Assembly (NCBI GenBank): GCA_034780895.1
Contig: JAUZTB010000068.1
Span: 24,686,828-24,750,827, forward strand
DNA from: Rhynchobatus australiae
Taxonomy: Eukaryota
DNA: 64,000 bases
Direction of reading: 5' to 3'
The position numbers and the translations under genes are program-made. Below are positions 37,035-50,580 of the stretch, piece by piece (the first letter of the stretch is position 1; every line of letters begins with the position of its first letter). The notes under the pieces are model-generated. The model did not search any database. It was not told the DNA's origin and saw only the letters and a list, made by a program, of their open reading frames with translations.

Positions 37035-38125
37035 AAGAAAGTTGTTTAAGGATACAGTGGGACATAGATTTGCTGGGAAGTTCGGCAGAGCAGAGGCAAA
37101 TGGAATTTAATCCAGACAAGTATGATTTAATTCAATTGGGAAGTCAAATTCTGGTCAGACATACAGAGTAAATGGCAGAGACTATAGGAACATTGATGTA
37201 CAGAGATACCTTGGGGTGTAAGTAGATAGCTCCCTGAAATGGTAACATAGCTGGATAGGATTGTGAGAAAAGCATTTTTTATGTTTGTCTTCATGGGAAT
37301 TTGGGACGTCATGTTGCAGTTGTACAAAACATTAGTTGGACCACACCTAGAGCATTTTATGCAGTTCAGTTGCCACACTGCAGGTAGGATGTGGTAAAAA
37401 AAGGAGAAAGTGCAGAAGAGATTGACCAGGATGTTGCCTGGAATGGAAGGCTTTACTTGTGAGGAGGGTTGGGATAGGCTGGGTTTATCCTCATTTGGAA
37501 TGGAAGAGGCTGGAATCAGGGGGTGGGGGGTGACCTTGCGGAAGTTTACGAANNNNNNNNNNNNNNNNNNNNNNNNNNNNNNNNNNNNNNNNNNNNNNNN
37601 NNNNNNNNNNNNNNNNNNNNNNNNNNNNNNNNNNNNNNNNNNNNNNNNNNNNGCGGAAGTTTACGAAATCACAAGGAATACAAATAGAACATACAGTCAG
37701 AATCTTTTTCCTAGGGCAGGGGAGTCTAGAACTAGAGGGCACAGGTTTAAGGTGAGAGGGGAAAAATTTGAAGGAGATCCAAGAGATAGGTTTCTCGCAC
37801 AAAGGGTGATGACTAACTGGAACGAACTGCCAGAGGAGGTGGTGGAGGCAGATACAATTATAACCATTAAAAGGCATTTGGATGGGAAAGACATAGATGG
37901 ATATGGGTCTGATGCAGGCAAATGGGATTAGTGAGGAAAGGCATCACAGTCAACAAGGATGAGGTTCGATGAATATTGGTCTTATTTAAGGAAGCCTGTT
38001 AATACCTTGGAACTAGTCCAGATAATGTGTAATACCTGAACCAGTACGAGGAATGGTTGGGCAGGTTAGGCGTGTATCCACTGGAGTTTAGAAGAGCAAG
38101 CGAGGCTTGATTGAAACACATTGGG
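37035..38125 (+). mobile_element. CR1 LINE 3' portion plus adjacent small CR1 piece
   Basis: ORF 37410..37931 (QKRLTRMLPGM...RTRGHRFKVRG...NWNELPEEVV). Confidence 0.88.
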
Positions 38126-38599
38126 TCTTTGGGATGCCCTTCCAGAATTCACCGCCACAGCTGTCCTCTCCACTTCACATGCCTGGAAAACCTCCTGATG
38201 ATTGATATCTTTCCTCCTTTCCAATGCTGCATGGGAATAATGTGAAGCCCACCTTCTGACATCTCTTCAGTGACTTCTGTAAGTCTTTTAGTGCCCCTCA
38301 ACAACAATGCACATTCCCTTTGAGACATGCAATCTGGGGTATTAATCAGCACCAGCTACATTGATCTGGGGCCATCCCTGTTGAAATTGAGTCCAGAATT
38401 GATGAGCTGAAGCATCGGCATCAGATCAGTGTGAGTGATTGCTGAAATCTTGATAAGAGTGAATGTTGCTGCATCCCACTATGGATCAAATGGGTGTAGA
38501 CTAATTTGCCATCATGATTCCAGTGCAAAAAATCCATATTTAATTTAATTCAACAGCTCAATAGAAGGAATTCATTTTCTTAATTTTTTTTTATCTGTG

Positions 38600-39350
38600 C
38601 CCTTGTCTACTAACTCAAGTATTCTCCTCTTCACTGGAAAAACAAACACAAATTGGGTGATTGCATTTCAGAATACCTCCATCCAGTCCCCACAGATGAC
38701 CCTATGCTTCCAGTTGCCTGTTACTTTAGTTCTATATCACATGCCTATCCTGACAGCTTTAACTTTAACCTCAAACTGTTCCAATGAAGCTCAACGCAAG
38801 CCCAAGGAACAGCACCTCATCCTCTGACTCGGTTGTTATCACCCTGAAGACTCATCATTAAATTCAGTGATTTCTGATAACCTGCCATTCCAGTATACAT
38901 TTTTCATCAGAATTCTGATAATTAGCCTGCAACATTAACTTGGATTTTCTTTCTCCACAGATAATACCTGACCTGCTGAGTAATGCAAACATTCTCTTTT
39001 ATTTCAGAATTGCAGTAACTGCTGTGTTTTATATCCTAGTTTCAGCAATTCTTTTCCTCCCCCTTTTTTCATCTCCTTCTATTCATATCTCCTCCAGGCA
39101 GATCAGCTACAATTAATAAGTTTTCACCATCCTATTTCAGCTAACACCACCACCTTTGCATGTCATCCATCCTATTCTGGTCTTCACCCCATCACAGACT
39201 TTCCATTTGTTCTCTCCACCCCTTCCCTTCTTTCCAACTTATTATCGATTTCTGACATTTCCTAATCCTGACGAAAGATAGTTAACTGGAAGCATTAACT
39301 CTGATTCTCTCTCTGCAGATGCTACCTGCTGATATTTCCATTATTTTTTG
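38600..39350 (+). mobile_element. Decayed Penelope GIY-YIG and terminal repeats
   Basis: ORF 38597..38827 ends SNEAQRKPKEQHLIL, homologous to 29348..29611; terminal motif occurs twice (~38930-39015, ~39265-39350). Confidence 0.7.
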
Positions 39351-40269
39351 TTTTCTTGCAGATTTGAATCAAGAGAAGCTTTACTCTGAATGTAACCATG
39401 CTCTAAATGACCTTTGTGTTTTCCAAGAAAAGCAAACAGGAATTAATTACTTTTCTTCCTATATTTCCTGAAGTCTGGGCTTGGCATCCAAGGGCAGAGT
39501 TCTGGTGTATTTAAAAATCCTTTCCCAGCTTGTCCATTGCTACTCTTCTTATTTGAAGTATTGCAGGGTAAATTTCACAAATTATATTTTTCCCCTTGAT
39601 GTCTGAAGGAGATTGTTTTGTGGGCTATCAGTCCGGATTTGGTGAGTAGCAGCTTTCTGAATCTAATCAGATTAACAACCATAAATGCAAAATCTTCAAA
39701 AAATGATTTAATACATTATTTATCCAAAGAAAAATTGCTTACTTACTAGGTAGCGTACTTAAAATTATTCACATGTTCAGTTTATGTCTTATGGCACAGA
39801 CTGAATATTCCACACTGTTTGTAATTTTTTTTACCATGTACAAGCCCACAAAGCTTTCCTATCCAATTGGGATCACAATACAAACAAATACATAGAGAGA
39901 GAACACAATACATCAATAATCTTGTTATATTTTAGACAAATGGAAATGTCCAACATTACATCAGCATCTGGCATCTTTTCTAGAGAGCTGCCAAGACCTC
40001 TGGACTGATTCCCACCATCTCCTGAGACCCCAATGCCCTTCCTCTTTAAGCAATGCAGGATGGCTTAATCCCTTACAAGGGCCAGTCTCTATTGAGTTAG
40101 AACCCTGGTGATGCGCAGCAGGGATAGTTCTTGGATGTCAACACTGACAAGAAATATACATCTACCTACGTTTCCTGAAGTAGTAATTCCCTGCTGGCAT
40201 TTCCTTGGGAACATAATGAACATTTGGAATTTGATCACATTTGTAGTAAGACTCCTCTCAACTTGAATT

Positions 40270-41015
40270 GGCAATAAACCAGACAGATTTCACCCTGCCA
40301 ACCTCCACATCTGATTCATCATCCTCTGCCATTTTTTGCAGCTCCAGTGTTATCCCACATCTTCCACTCTCTTCTCCACCCTCCCTACCCTTTGTTTACC
40401 CACATGGTCCACTCTTCAGAACTCCCAGATTTGCTCATCCCTCCCCGACCTCTGGCACTTTCCCCTGCAACTGTAGGAGGTGCAACACCTGTCCCTTCAC
40501 CCCCTCACCACCATACAGTCACCTGAACAGCCCCTCCAGGTGAGGCAGAGGTTCATCTGCACCTCTTCCAACCTGGTTTTCTGCATTCGGTGCTCATGAT
40601 ATGAAACCAAGTGTAGACAAGGGAACCATTTTTCGGAGCACCTGCCCTCTGTCTGCGAAGGTCACCTCCAATTTCTGGTTGCACGTTATTTTAACTCTGC
40701 ATCCCATTCGTTTTCCATTGATACAGAGGAATCAAATGCAAATTGGAAGAATAACATCTCGCATTCCACTTGGGTACCTCACAATGGTACAAATATCTCG
40801 CGTCACGTAACCCAAAACACTCCCACACACTCTCCTCTTCACCTAGTTTTCTTCTTCCTTTGTTCACCCTTCCCATCCCCTGCCCCCACCTGGTTCCATT
40901 TGGCCATCAGAACACCCCCACCCCCCAGTCTGGTTTCACCTTCTAGCCTCTGTCCTTCTAGTGTTCCCTTTATTTGTTCCAGATTCCAGAATCTGCAGTC
41001 TTTTATGTCTTCAGT
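40270..41015 (+). mobile_element. Penelope-like element fragment
   Basis: GTFPCNCRRCNTCP followed by QVRQRFICTSSNLVFCIRCS (CCHH linker and GIY-YIG region). Confidence 0.85.
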
Positions 41016-42149
41016 CTGAGGTGTTGACAAATGGTGGCCAACATATTGGGTGAACTCCCTGCTGTATTCTGAATAGATTCAGGGAATATTTTGAGTCTAT
41101 CCATGCTAATTTTATTTTTGCACAGCATTTGTGAAAAAGGGCAGTTATCATTTTTGGTTTTCCATCTACTGCATCATTTCTAATCTTCAATCTTAATAAC
41201 TTGAGCTAAGAGTTTAAGTACTGTTTCAGCCAGCATTGAAGTGAATCCCTGCTGATGCTCCGGCTGTAGACGACCTTTTTATTTGACATAGATCTTTTTA
41301 GACGGGTTTAATTTGTATAGGACTTTGCAATTTGGCATCAAGATAAACCTTGGGATACAAAACATAAATCTTGTTCCTCTTTCCTATGGCCTCTCAGGTC
41401 TGATTGAGTTTGAAGTGTCACGTTCACAATATTAACACAGCTTTCACTTTAAATGGATAATTGCACTTTCTATCCTTTATTTCAGATTCAAACCATCCAC
41501 AATTTTCTTTTATGTCTACCATAAGTTATTGCAGGATCTCATGTAGACTGCCTGAGCCTTTGGCATGTTTATTACAATATCTCCAATGACTGACATCAGG
41601 TGTAGTTGCCCGAGGNNNNNNNNNNNNNNNNNNNNNNNGAAAAGTTTTGATTCACAATCCATGTATACCATCCTTTTGCTGTTTTCGTTTACCAAATGGG
41701 AGATAATGTTTCAGTCTAATTAGAATAAATTCTTCATGAATAACCTCAGTTCAGACCATTTGAGGAGTTTGCTTCAGTTTATAATTTGCCTCTAATTCTC
41801 TCTCTTTATTTGTTACTTATACTCTTACTTATAGTTGGTAGGTAAAATAATGGCTATCTATTTCATATTCTGATCTGATCCTGAAATATTTAAATGGCAA
41901 TCCAGAGTTCACAGCTCATTACTTGTCATTATGCCACATGTCCACTAATTTCCAGTGAATAACACTACCACCACACACAGGAACAGAATCACAGTGTAGA
42001 CTCTGCCGCAGGTTTGTTGAAGGCACATGAATGTAGAATGCACAATGCACTAAAGTTGTATGTGGTGTTGAAAAACACAATCAAAATCTTTCCATTTATA
42101 TTATCTGAGCATCAGACCAATGGAAACAGATAGTTATTATTTTGGTATA

Positions 42150-42325
42150 AAAACAGAAACCACTTGAAATACTCAGCAGGTCAGGCAGCAGCTATGAGAA
42201 GAGAAACAGAGTTAATGCTTTAGGTCCGAGACTCTGAAACATTAATTTCATTTTTCTTTCCACAGATGCTGTGTGTTTCCATCACTTCATTTTTATTTCA
42301 GATTTCCAGTGTCTGCAGTTTTTTA
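42150..42325. mobile_element. Older Penelope-derived foldback element
   Basis: aatactcagcaggtcaggcagca..gagaaacagagttaatg / acattaatttc..tctttccacagatgctg. Related copies at 36490-36610, 48145-48345, 51410-51600 and 55075-55205. Confidence 0.65.
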
Positions 42326-42482
42326 AAATAATTTTTAGTTACACGTTGCTTGTATCATGTCCGATCTTCAGACTGGGAGAGATGAACTAAGAGCTTAAAA
42401 ACTACTTCAGCCAGCACTGAAGTGAAGTTTTGCTGCTGTCTTCATTGTAGATGAATATTTTTAGATGGAATCAATTTATATG

Positions 42483-42830
42483 ACCAACAATCTGCTGGAG
42501 GAACGCAATGGGTCGGGCAGCATCTTTGGGGGCAAAGAAATTGTCAACGTTTTGGGTTGAAACCCTGCATCAGGACTAAGAGTGGAGATGGAAGATAAAT
42601 AGCCGGTATAAAGAAGAGAGGGGGAGTGGTGCAACAGGGGCAAGAGGTGATTAGTGGACCAAGGAGGGGTGAAGGATGATGGGCAGATGGAGCCAGGTAG
42701 GGGAGCAGGGACTGATGGAGTTACGAGACAGAGCAATTGGGTAATAGATGGAGCGCAGACAAAAAGAAGGTGGAGCCAGGAGGGGGAGGGGAGGATGAAG
42801 GTGCAGACAGCTGCTGGAGATTGATAACAG
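42483..42830 (-). mobile_element. Penelope-derived 3' segment
   Basis: ctgctggaggaac...gtcaacgttttgggttgaaaccctgcatcagg followed by a purine-rich tract, the reverse of the pyrimidine-rich Penelope 3' region. Confidence 0.75.
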
Positions 42831-44454
42831 CTTAAACACATTTAAAAACTATTGTAGATTCAGTTTTCATTGCTATCTATTTCAAGTGTATTCCATGTCA
42901 AGGCAACCCTGAATGTAAAATCAGTTCTCCTGATCTGTGAAACAACTTGATGCACCAGCTTCTGTGTAACATCAATGCAATCCTCCCTTCATCTCCAATT
43001 GTCTTCTTATGCTTGCTTGTTCTCTGTGCCCTTGTCGCCCACTACAATTTACTGCCTGAAACCACAACTAAATGCATTTCATTAATGTTAAGCACTCAGC
43101 TCCTCTGGTTAAAACTAAAATAATAGCTTTATCAAGGGAAAAGCAAACCATACAATCAACATCCTGACTCTATTTTTCCAACCAGAAACATGGATCATTG
43201 ACAGCTCTAAAAGAACCACTTTCAAGTTACACATTCTACATGGCTCATAGAGAACTAGAACCATGAATAGCTAAAAGTACTACACAAAAAATAATATTTT
43301 TGTACAGGTAACAGGAGTTTATTATTTAACTTTTCTTTCTGGGATTGTACCATGTTTCTGCTGAGAAAATTAAATTGGTGACTTAAATACATTTAGATTT
43401 GACACTCAGATTTGTTTCAATTTCTAGCTAATAGTTGGTATTGTTGTATGTAANNNNNNNNNNNNNNNNNNNNNNNNNNNNNNNNNNNNNNNNNNNNNNN
43501 NNNNNNNNNNNNNNNNNNNNNNNNNNNNNNNNNNNNNNNNNNNNNNNNNNNNNNNNNNNNNNNNNNNNNNNNNNNAAAATGACAGAAGTAACAATTTTGT
43601 TTTGTTGTTGGGTAAGCCTTATTAAATTCAGTTGATGTCCTGAGTGAAATAAGAAGAATCAAGGAAGAGTTTTCACAGGGGATATACAATCTGATCACAA
43701 GTCACATGCTCCTTCTACAACTCCCTAGAGCAGCAGTTATTATGAGTGGAAATGAACACACTCTTGAACTGTTTCTATTTTCTCAATTCAATTATTACAG
43801 TTAGAAAATTAAATTTGACAGAATGTACAGCACTGTTGATTGCTTTTCCATTTAACGGTTAAAACTAGATAGGTCACATTGTCTGATGAATTTATGCTAA
43901 GCATTTACTCATCTACCAATTAAATGGGTCTCTTGAACCTTTCAACATTTCAGACAGAACATCCCTTTGAGATGAATTTGTGATGTTCTTTTGAAAGGAG
44001 GCTCTGCAATCTTAAATTTTGTACATTATGTGTCTGGCTGTTAGGCAGGAAGAATTAACAATAAATGCATGTCTTTTAACAGGTTGACTGCCAATCTCAA
44101 GAAAAAGAAAATCAGTAGTAATGCACTTATGTTGTATCAAAGTGCTGCAAAAAAGTTAATGTTTCTCACCACAGGGGACGTCAACTCTCAATGCACCACC
44201 ATGGACTTCAAAGGCCCAACATCTAAAACAGCAAACAGTGCTCCCCTGACCTGAATACATGAAGACATTCAAAAAGTGAATGCAGATCCCTTACTCTTAT
44301 TTGCTGTCCTGTAGACACTGGGCATTCCCCAACAAATAGCATAGCAGTTCAGCAGAATAGGAAAATACAATCAGCTCTTGGGTTGCAAGGGTTCCCAGCG
44401 ACGTCAGACTCCCTCCTACATTTAGGTGCCATGACATTCTGATATCAACCACGT

Positions 44455-44660
44455 CTCAGTTGGAAGCATTCACAGGATCAGAAGTCCGTTCATTCAAAAC
44501 TCACTCCAGAGCAAAATGAGGAAGGTCTGCAGTACTTAAGAAATACAGCATCGTTAAAGGACATACCTTTCTCTTGAGAGATGAAGCCAGCAGATGGAAA
44601 TGGTCTCCTGTAATTATTTTTAAAAAAGAAAAAAAAATCCCTAAGTACTCAGGCCAGGAC
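44455..44660 (+). mobile_element. Highly decayed Deu-domain SINE
   Basis: ctcagttggaagca...tcagaag..ttcaaaactcactccagag...tgcagtacttaagaaatacagcatcgttaaagg. Confidence 0.45.
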
Positions 44661-47600
44661 TCCTTTCAACTACATCTTTTACCAACTGACGGTGTGCTTC
44701 CTTCTTATTTCTTTGTTAGATTAAAACATTCCCTGTGCTGTCCTGGTGATGCATTTAGCCTCAATTCCTTTTGCCCAGTTCCCTATGTCCAAACAAGTCT
44801 CACTGAACCACAGCAGGANNNNNNNNNNNNNNNNNNNNNNNNNNNNNNNNNNNNNNNNNNNNNNNNNNNNNNNNNNNNNNNNNNNNNNNNNNNNNNNNNN
44901 NNNNNNNNNNNNNNNNNNAGGACCTCAGCCTCTATTCTGATTGGGAATCTGACTGTGAATATCATTTGATTTTTATTTAGCTAACTTTTCATGCTGGCAG
45001 TAGTTATCATTGATGACTTCTGAGGGAACATAGGTTGCAGATGTGAATATGAATATAGTAGTCTTGTAAAGTCCAACACTTCATAAATAACCATCAACAA
45101 CATGTTACATTTGGGAAAAATAAAACAGGTTTTCCAGTTAGGTTGTAACAGCGTTTTCTCAATGTCTCCTTACCCAAGACATCAATAAGGCTTTAGGAAC
45201 ATGTCAGAACTATCTCCTACCATCTAAAGAAGCAATTCTGTATTGGACCTGAAAGCTGATCTTTGTTATTAGAGTGAACCACACATTAGACAGAGAAAAG
45301 GATTCCAATCAGTTTTCTCAAGTAACTCAATGGGAAACTATTGAAAGATTTGAGGATAAATCTTCTGCAGGAATCAAGGATGGAAATAAAAGTGATAAAT
45401 CTTCTGTAGGTAGTTATTATTCAGCTTATTAGTTGACTGATGAGCTGTCTTGAAAGATCCTTGACTTGGATGCTTCTGGCTCACCTCTCAGTCACTCAGT
45501 CAGAAAGGCCTATTGTGGTTCTAGTGAAAGTAAAATACCCTCAGTTTTAAATGGGGTAAATCACTGCTGAAAAGTGCATTCAGAAATCTAACGTCATTTA
45601 GTTCCACAGGCATTGACTAAAATAAATAAAGAAATTTCTTAAGTATTGTAGCAAGATATCATAGAACATTTGGTACATTTAAAATTGTTCATCAGATTCA
45701 ATAATGGATTGATTTTAATGCTTCATTACTGTGAGAACTCACCTACTTAATGTTGGCTTAATGATGCAGACAATTTAAGACACCGCCATTCATCTCTGAA
45801 TATCTGAGGGCTGCATTAAAAAGGGAAGTAAATCAAAATTAAAATCTTAGGTCATAATATACATGCATGTTTCATGAATCACACATGCACTTGATCTTGT
45901 TTCATGCATGCATGATGGTTTTATGAATCTATTTATTCCATTTAGAGAGCTAGGTTGGTGGATGTTAGTGAAATCAATTGGGAAAAGCTCCGAACCAAGT
46001 TAATCTTCTTTATAGGTTATCACCCCAGCACTAAAAAATGCATTGTGGTTGGCAGTTCCCAAGTTAACAAGGTTCTGTTTAAAATGAGCTTATCATTGTT
46101 AATTTTCCATGCAGATATTCCGCCCCACAAACTGGTTCACAATTTCTCTTGCTCCAGACTCCACATCATAAACAAGTGGAGTTGAATGTAATTGGTATTG
46201 TGCATACAGTCAACATTAGTAACAGTTGAAACACAATTATATTTCTGTCATTCAAAATTTTGAAGGAAAACAAACATCTTAAACAAAGCCAAAATCTTCA
46301 AAATTAGAACACATAACAGGAATACAAAGCAAAAATACCCTCCAAGTCCTGGAATTCAACTGTAAACAGCTGCTGGAACCACAGATCAATATTTGTGGAA
46401 ACAAGAGATTAATTAATATTTTTGAGTAGAGGCATCTACCTGAACTCAAGGAAAAAGACAATTGAAGCAACTGCAAATCAAACCTAAGAAATAGAACAAA
46501 GGGGAAAGGATCCATACACNNNNNNNNNNNNNNNNNNNNNNNNNNNNNNNNNNNNNNNNNNNNNNNNNNNNNNNNNNNNNNNNNNNNNNNNNNNNNNNNN
46601 NNNNNNNNNNNNNNNNNNNAAAGGATCCATACACTGCACAACCTGTTGGGAGCATGGGGGGGGCGGGGCGGTGGGAGAGGGTTGGGTGGTGATTGGAAGT
46701 AGGATGAATCAGTGTTACTCTCAGGGTAGTGAAATGCATAATGAAAGAAATGGAAGACATTTACAAGTTGTAGAAAATGAACCTTTGAGGCTGATGGAGG
46801 CATGGAGGTTGATTAAAGCAGATCTGAAATGGGAAATGAAGCATTTAGCATCCACCTCCACACACTTTCACAATGTGTAAAATGAGACATGCATACCCCA
46901 ATAAAGCAGAGCACTAGTGTTGGTACAGGCCAGGATTCATGATAGAAAATGTATTTGATGTACATCACCTTCTGCAAAGTGACCTGCAGCCAAACTTATT
47001 CTTAGGCTCAGTTCTCTCAGTTGCTTTAAAGTCCACAATGTCTGTTAACATTTATATCTCTGGACCATTCCAAGATACCACCAGTATTATCAGCCACATT
47101 AATCACGCTGAATTTCTTAGATGTGTAAAGCAAGTGGCAGACGAATTCCTTTGCCTGAACAGTAATTTCATCTCCTACTCATNNNNNNNNNNNNNNNNNN
47201 NNNCAAAGGACTAAGTGTTACTGATGGTTTTTCTAACTGGATGCATTATGTAATATCATAACATACACGACCCAAGAAGGATTCATGTCTGAAATTTCAG
47301 TCTGTTGGTGAACACTGCAGGTCTCTCCAACTCAGCTATGTCTTTATTTTGCACAGGTCCACTGTTCCATCCAATTTATAGGTGGGAGAGTGGACCCATC
47401 CATAACTAAGGTGGGACAGTACATCAACCATATATCAGTATATTAGTAAGTTTCAGGTGTTTAAGCAGGTCTTAGAACACCCTGCTATCTTGCCTGGCTA
47501 TTATCTTAATAACTGCATGGTGCACAAATTAATTCTGCAAAGGCAGTGCGTAAACCCTGAGCATGTTTTATGCTTTGATATGAATTCATCAAAGCACAAT

Positions 47601-49107
47601 CTGATGCTTCTAGTGTAAGATCATCAACCTAAAACACTTACTCTGCTTCTTTCTCCACAGATGCTGCCTATGCAGTGATACAACCTTTTGTTTTGTTATG
47701 ACAATATTTTGTTTTTATGGTGGCGATCTGTATCACACCTTGATGAGGCTGCTTTTAATTAATGCACACATGAAAATAAAATTTGGACCAACATTTTAGA
47801 CTTCTGTGTCATGGATTGATGCTGACTGGAAATAAGACGGAATCTGCTCAGACTTAGTGGAGTAGATTTTTCTCTTAATGTACCTGGACTTCAAAGCAGT
47901 TCAATGGCACAGAGCCAGGTTTGATTAAAATGACCTCCGAGTGATTTTCCTACATCCAGCTTATGCTTTGTACCACACTCAGTAAGAGGAAAAAAAATGT
48001 CACAATAGATCAAGCACTATGAGTTTCAGTATTAGCCAAGGCTGTTCAAATATCAGCTCCAGAAGTGAAAATGTCCTGTCACACAACTAAATCACAGTGC
48101 AATTTTCTGAAGGTGACAAGCCTGCAATCTTGTTTATTTGGTCAATAAAGCAGAAAATGCTGAAAACATTCAGTGGTCAGGAAGCTTCTGTGGAGAGGGA
48201 GACAGAACTGATGAAATATCATCAACTTGAACAGTTAACTTTATTTCTGTCTTCACCATGCTTGCTGACCTGTGCTTGCTGACCTGCTGAGCATTTCCAG
48301 CTCTTTCCATCTTACTTTCAGATTTCCAGTGTCTGTAGGTTTTTATTTTTGCTTTTCAATGTGCGTAGCTTGCTCTTTCTTTAAATTATCAAAGAAGTTT
48401 TTGTCCCCCCACAAGAAGAAGAAAACATCTTACTTGAGTTGAAGACTTTGTAATGAAGCATTTCATTTAGCATAATTCAGCTGCCTTTAGCTATTCTTGT
48501 GACAGGGGAATATAGTTCCTGCAAACAACCTTCCCCCTTGTCATCATTTTCTGTCATTTCCAATGTCAACGTTTCCTATTCAACACAAGATGTCAGAATG
48601 GAATGGTTTAGCTCTTGGCTCTGGTGATTGTTGACTCCAAACCCCATAGCCAATTCATATATTTTCAAACAAAGAAAGCATCAGATTGAGATATATCATG
48701 GCAAATATATTGCTGAACTTAAATTTGGAAATGGTATAATGCTGCTGCAATGATGATTGCAGAAGAGAATGTGAGGAACAGCTCCAGGAATCCACTAACT
48801 GAGGTGCCAACATGGTGAAGATACAGCACGGGAAACTAATGTGTGCTGAACAGTGGAAGCAGCTTGCAATATGCAGTGATCAAAGGATCAGGTCAAGCCC
48901 TAGTGAATGAGGGTGGAAAATTAAACTGCAAACAGAGGAGCATGCTCCATGAACACCCTCGATAGTGGTGGTGGCAGAATCTAGTTTGCAAGTACAAAAG
49001 ATAAAATAGAAGGATTTGCCTCCAAAAGTCCTAAGTGGATGGTTTATCCTATCCTTCCAACCACGAAAGAAGCCACAAAGAAGCAATCAGTTCACTGTGT
49101 AATATAA

Positions 49108-50015
49108 GTCATAAGGTCAGAAGCAGGGGTTATTGAAAATGATTACACACTGTTTAATTATGTTTGCAACTCCTCAGATAATAAAAGAATACATGCCTGT
49201 CTGCACGTAGCAGGATCTGGACAATATTCAGGTATGGGCTGATAAAGATAAGGGAACATTTATGCCATACAAATTCCAGGCAATAAATATTTTCAGCAGG
49301 AGAAAATCTGACAGTCTCCTCTTGACATTAAATANNNNNNNNNNNNNNNNNNNNNNNNNNNNNNNNNNNNNNNNNNNNNNNNNNNNNNNNNNNNNNNNNN
49401 NNNNNNNNNNNNNNNNNNNNNNNNNNNNNNNNNNAATCTGACAGTCTCCTCTTGACATTAAATAACAACCTCTTCACTGAATCCCCCCATAATCAACATC
49501 CTGGGGATCACTCTTGACAGGAAACTTAACTGGAACAGCCACTGCACCATGGCTACAAGGGCAAGTAAAAGGCTGAGTATTCTTCAATGTGATTCATCCA
49601 CTGTTCCTCCAAACCTCTCCATTATCTTTAAAGGGGTCAGGAGTGTGGAACATTCTCCACTTGCATTCAAAAACACCCAAATGTTTTGACACCATCCTGA
49701 AAAAAAAGCAGCTTACTTGATTGGCATTAAATTCCTCTCTCTAAACGTTTACTTCCCAATACACCATATTGCATGGTGTAACATTCACAAGAGTACTCAT
49801 CTCAGTCACTCCAGCAGCATCTTCCAAACTCGTGGTCTCTACCTCCAAAAGAACAAAGGCTCATGGAGTATGGGAATACCACTGTCTGAGAGTTCACTTC
49901 TAAATCACACATCATTCTGAATAGTAATTATATCACCATTCCTTCATCACCACTGAATCTAAATATTGGAACTCCCTGCCCTACAGTCGTATCATAGTAC
50001 CTTCATCAGTTCAAC
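49108..50015 (+). mobile_element. Decayed LINE of the second CR1/L2-type family
   Basis: Homologous to 9866-10612 (atcaacatcctgggg..tgacaggaaacttaactgga; aaagcagc..cttgattggca). Confidence 0.75.
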
Positions 50016-50419
50016 ACTAATTCTGAGAGCAATTGGGGTTGAGAAATAAGGTTGAGAAATAATTGGGGTTGAGGAATATGTTCAAGAACGAACATTTCAC
50101 ATTAAAATTTTGGCCTTGTATCATAGCAGCTATTCCTTTAACTGCACTGATAATGGTGTTGAACATAAGCAGACACACAAAGATTTGAAACAAAATTGGG
50201 CTGATAATTGCAAAACTATTCTGAAATACAGAGCAGAGACAGCAGATCTGACTTTCAAATGAGTAATGAATATGGAAGTATTGTTTTAAGAAACTAATAT
50301 GCAACATGACTTGGACTTCACGCTTCTGGAAAGACTCAAGTTCACAGCATGGCTGCTTAAACATATAATTAGTTTCAATTAAACCCCAGGTTGGAGAGCA
50401 GCAGAAAGGCCCGAGGACT

Positions 50420-50580
50420 GAAGGTGATTAAACAAACTCACAGATATTTCCATCAACCACGTGGAAAGAAATAGTTTTAAATTATGCATACACGCGCACG
50501 CTGTTGTACGTTACAGATATTAGGTCATGTGGGATAAATCTGATTGATGGTTCTGATTATAGTATTGACAGCAGGTCTCT
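50420..50580. promoter_or_regulatory. Candidate enhancer with Pbx-Hox and Meis sites
   Basis: TGATTGATGG at 50541-50550, TGACAG at 50566-50571, CACGTG at 50458-50463, AGGTCA at 50522-50527; unique sequence with retained CpGs. Confidence 0.4.
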
